IMG/VR virus record: IMGVR_UViG_2529292871_000023
Origin: a virus
Lineage: Duplodnaviria; Heunggongvirae; Uroviricota; Caudoviricetes
Direction: 5' to 3' (one strand)
DNA: 17,813 nucleotides
Below are positions 15,659-17,813 of the stretch, in pieces. Under the pieces are notes generated by a model. That model saw only the letters and a program-made list of their open reading frames with translations, was not told the DNA's origin and did no database searches. Made by a program: the position numbers and the translations under genes. Within the stretch, counting starts at the first letter, position 1. The number at the start of each line of letters is the position of its first letter.

Positions 15659-16090
15659 ATGTTTGGTATTTTTGGTAAAAAAAGCCCGCAGAGCGGCAGT
15701 GGAAATTAAAAAGTTTGAGAAACGTGATCTGGCACAGGCGGTTATTAATGCTGCCTATCTGGTGGCCTATGCAGATGGTGAATGTGAGGCTTCAGAGAAA
15801 GCGAAGATCGAGCAGGTCTTGCGTAACCAGCCTGCGTTGTCCGCGTTTACGTCAGAAATTAATGCGATTAGCGCAACCATTATCGGTCAGCTGGATACGA
15901 ACTTTAAAACTGGTCGTCGAGCGGCGTTACGTGAGATCGAGGATGTGAAACACGATACGCGTGAAGCGGAAGATGTGCTGGATGTGGCGGTGGCCATTGC
16001 GAGGCAGACGGCGAAATAGAGCCGGAAGAGCGCAAGGTGCTGGAAGAGATTGCCGGTGTTCTGGGTCTTCGTCTGGAGAATTACCTGTGA
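15659..16090 (+). CDS. TerB-like (tellurite-resistance TerB domain) protein, frame-disrupted twice as written
   Basis: Intact reading MFGIFGKK + ARRAAVEIKKFEKRDLAQAVINAAYLVAYADGECEASEKAKIEQVL...DVLDVAVAIAR + ADGEIEPEERKVLEEIAGVLGLRLENYL shows the two ADGExxxxE repeats typical of TerB. Breaks are at the A7 run 15677-15683 and near GG at 16002-16004. Listed ORFs 15512..15709 and 15630..16019 are the pieces. Confidence 0.6.
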
Positions 16091-16254
16091 CGGTAAAACT
16101 GCGCCTGACTGTGGCTGCACTCCTGCTGTTTCTGGTGGTGATGGTGGATTTCACCAGCAGAATCATGTCGGTGCTGGCGGATGGGGGGCTGGTCTGCGGC
16201 ATTATGGTATTGCTGTGGCCGGTGATAAAAAGAAACAGCCTGCATAATGCTTGA
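16087..16254 (+). CDS. Small hydrophobic protein with two predicted transmembrane segments
   Basis: GTG start overlapping the TerB-like stop (GTGA). 55 aa, MTVKLRLTVAALLLFLVVMVDF...GGLVCGIMVLLWPVI. Confidence 0.4.
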   Translation: MTVKLRLTVAALLLFLVVMVDFTSRIMSVLADGGLVCGIMVLLWPVIKRNSLHNA

Positions 16255-16568
16255 TTTTTTTGTTTGCTGTTTATTAAAAACACTTCTGCATGGTGAATCC
16301 CCCTGTGCGGTGGGGCAATCAGCAAGAAGGAATATGGGGTAATCGCGGATTCAGGTGCTGATACTGAATTCACCGGGAGGCACCCGGCACCATGCTTTGC
16401 CACAAAAGTGTTATTTCTGTTTTTCTCAAACTATCATCGTTATCCCTTTATTTTCGGCTGCGCATGGCGCGGCCTTTTTTTTACGACCAGCCACTGGCAG
16501 ATGGTCATCCTGTGATTTGATTCCGCTTCCGGCTTTTTAACTCTGTTCCTCTACACGGGAGAAATTCG

Positions 16569-17813
16569 ATGTCGATTAAACATTACGATGTTATCAGGGC
16601 GGCGTCGCCGTCAGACCTTGCGGAAAAGCTGACACACAAACTGAAAGAGGGCTGGCAGCCATACGGCGGACCGGTTGCCATTACGCCGTACACACTGATG
16701 CAGGCGGTGGCTATTGAAGGAGAGCCACAGGTCGGCCCTTCATCTGAGCCGGATTGGTACTACGTCATCGTACTGGCCGGGCAGTCCAATGCAATGGCTT
16801 ACGGTGAAGGGCTTCCGCTGCCGGATTCATACGATGCTCCGGATCCGCGCATTAAACAGCTGGCGCGCCGCAGTACAGTGACGCCGGGTGGGGCTGCCTG
16901 CAGATATAACGATATTATTCCGGCTGACCACTGTCTGCATGATGTGCAGGATATGAGTACGCTGAATCATCCGAGGGCTGACCTGAGCAAAGGGCAGTAC
17001 GGCTGTGTCGGTCAGGGTTTACATATTGCCAAAAAACTGCTCCCGTATATCCCGAATAACGCGGGGATCCTGCTGGTACCATGCTGTCGTGGTGGTTCGG
17101 CATTTACCCAGGGCGCGGAGGGGACATTCAGCGAGTCCACGGGGGCCAGTCAGGATTCGGCACGCTGGGGGGTGGGCAAGCCGTTATATCAGGATCTGAT
17201 TTCCCGCACAAAAGCGGCATTGCAGAAAAATCCCAAAAACGTTCTGCTGGCCGTCTGCTGGATGCAGGGTGAGTTTGACATGAGCGCCGCCACCCACGCA
17301 CAGCAACCTGCGCTGTTTACAGCCATGCTGACACAGTTTCGTGCTGACCTCTCCGTGTTTAACGCGCAGTGCCATGGTGGCAGTGCTGCAGATGTGCCGT
17401 GGGTTTGTGGTGACACGACGTATTACTGGAAAAATACATACGCTACCCAGTACGACACCGTGTACGGCGGGTATAAAAACAGGGAGAGTGAGGGCGTTTA
17501 TTTTGTGCCCTTCATGACAGATGGTAACGGCGTCAATACCGCCACTAACGCGCCGGCAGAAGATCCGGATATTCCGGCATCAGGATATTACGGTGCGGCA
17601 TCGAGAACGAATGGAAACCAGGTATCATCAAACCGCCCGACACATTTCAGTTCATGGGCGCGCAGGAGCATTATTCCGGATCGTCTGGCAACCGCTATTC
17701 TGAACGCAGCCGGGCGCACCTCAGCCTTCATCAGTGGTAAGGCACCGGAAATCAAACCCTCGCCCGGCGGCAACACCGCCATCGGGTACCGTCTGCAGAT
17801 ACGTCCGTTCGCA
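16569..17813 (+). CDS. nanS: Prophage-type sialate O-acetylesterase (NanS-p-like, SGNH/SASA hydrolase), 3'-truncated by the window edge
   Basis: Open from ATG 16569 (GGGAGA ribosome-binding site) to the window end with no stop over 415 codons; absent from the ORF track because it is open-ended. Active-site-type motif VLAGQSNAMAYG. Position downstream of Q and the tRNAs matches nanS-p in Stx-type lambdoid prophages. Confidence 0.75.
   Translation, partial: MSIKHYDVIRAASPSDLAEKLTHKLKEGWQPYGGPVAITPYTLMQAVAIEGEPQVGPSSEPDWYYVIVLAGQSNAMAYGEGLPLPDSYDAPDPRIKQLARRSTVTPGGAACRYNDIIPADHCLHDVQDMSTLNHPRADLSKGQYGCVGQGLHIAKKLLPYIPNNAGILLVPCCRGGSAFTQGAEGTFSESTGASQDSARWGVGKPLYQDLISRTKAALQKNPKNVLLAVCWMQGEFDMSAATHAQQPALFTAMLTQFRADLSVFNAQCHGGSAADVPWVCGDTTYYWKNTYATQYDTVYGGYKNRESEGVYFVPFMTDGNGVNTATNAPAEDPDIPASGYYGAASRTNGNQVSSNRPTHFSSWARRSIIPDRLATAILNAAGRTSAFISGKAPEIKPSPGGNTAIGYRLQIRPFA

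Noticed and set aside
15527-16560. Shiga toxin genes at the locus downstream of the Q-associated tRNAs
   Set aside because: The ORFs here are a TerB-like protein and a small membrane protein; nothing resembles StxA or StxB.
1-17813. CRISPR arrays, IS elements/transposases, rRNA genes
   Set aside because: No regularly spaced short direct repeats, no transposase-like ORF with terminal inverted repeats, and no rRNA-like sequence were seen.

Overview
This window reads as the early-to-late region of a lambdoid (Qin/Rac-like) enterobacterial prophage, most likely from Escherichia coli. Left to right: tyrosine integrase and excisionase (minus strand); a DnaQ-like exonuclease; a large frame-disrupted early-region gene; the dicB operon (ydfD, dicB, DicF sRNA) with an inserted AT-rich two-gene module; a DicA-like repressor with divergent Cro-like and YdaT-like genes; lambda O-like and P-like replication genes with iteron-like repeats; an AT-rich moron carrying an orphan periplasmic substrate-binding protein; hokD without relBE; a Rem-like gene, a YdfU-like HNH protein, RusA and a putative Q antiterminator; a three-member tRNA cluster; a TerB-like gene plus small membrane protein at the position where Stx phages carry stx; and the 5' part of a NanS-like sialate O-acetylesterase that runs off the window. 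No CRISPR array, IS element or rRNA was seen. The main anomaly is that at least six genes (int, xis, the large early gene, O-like, rusA, TerB-like) are restored to canonical full-length proteins by single-base changes, mostly in homopolymer runs, so the sequence either carries indel errors or the prophage is decaying. The most novel-looking content is the inserted module at 4730-5690, the orphan binding-protein moron and the TerB-like/membrane pair. All identifications are from reading the sequence and recalled family knowledge; no database search was run.
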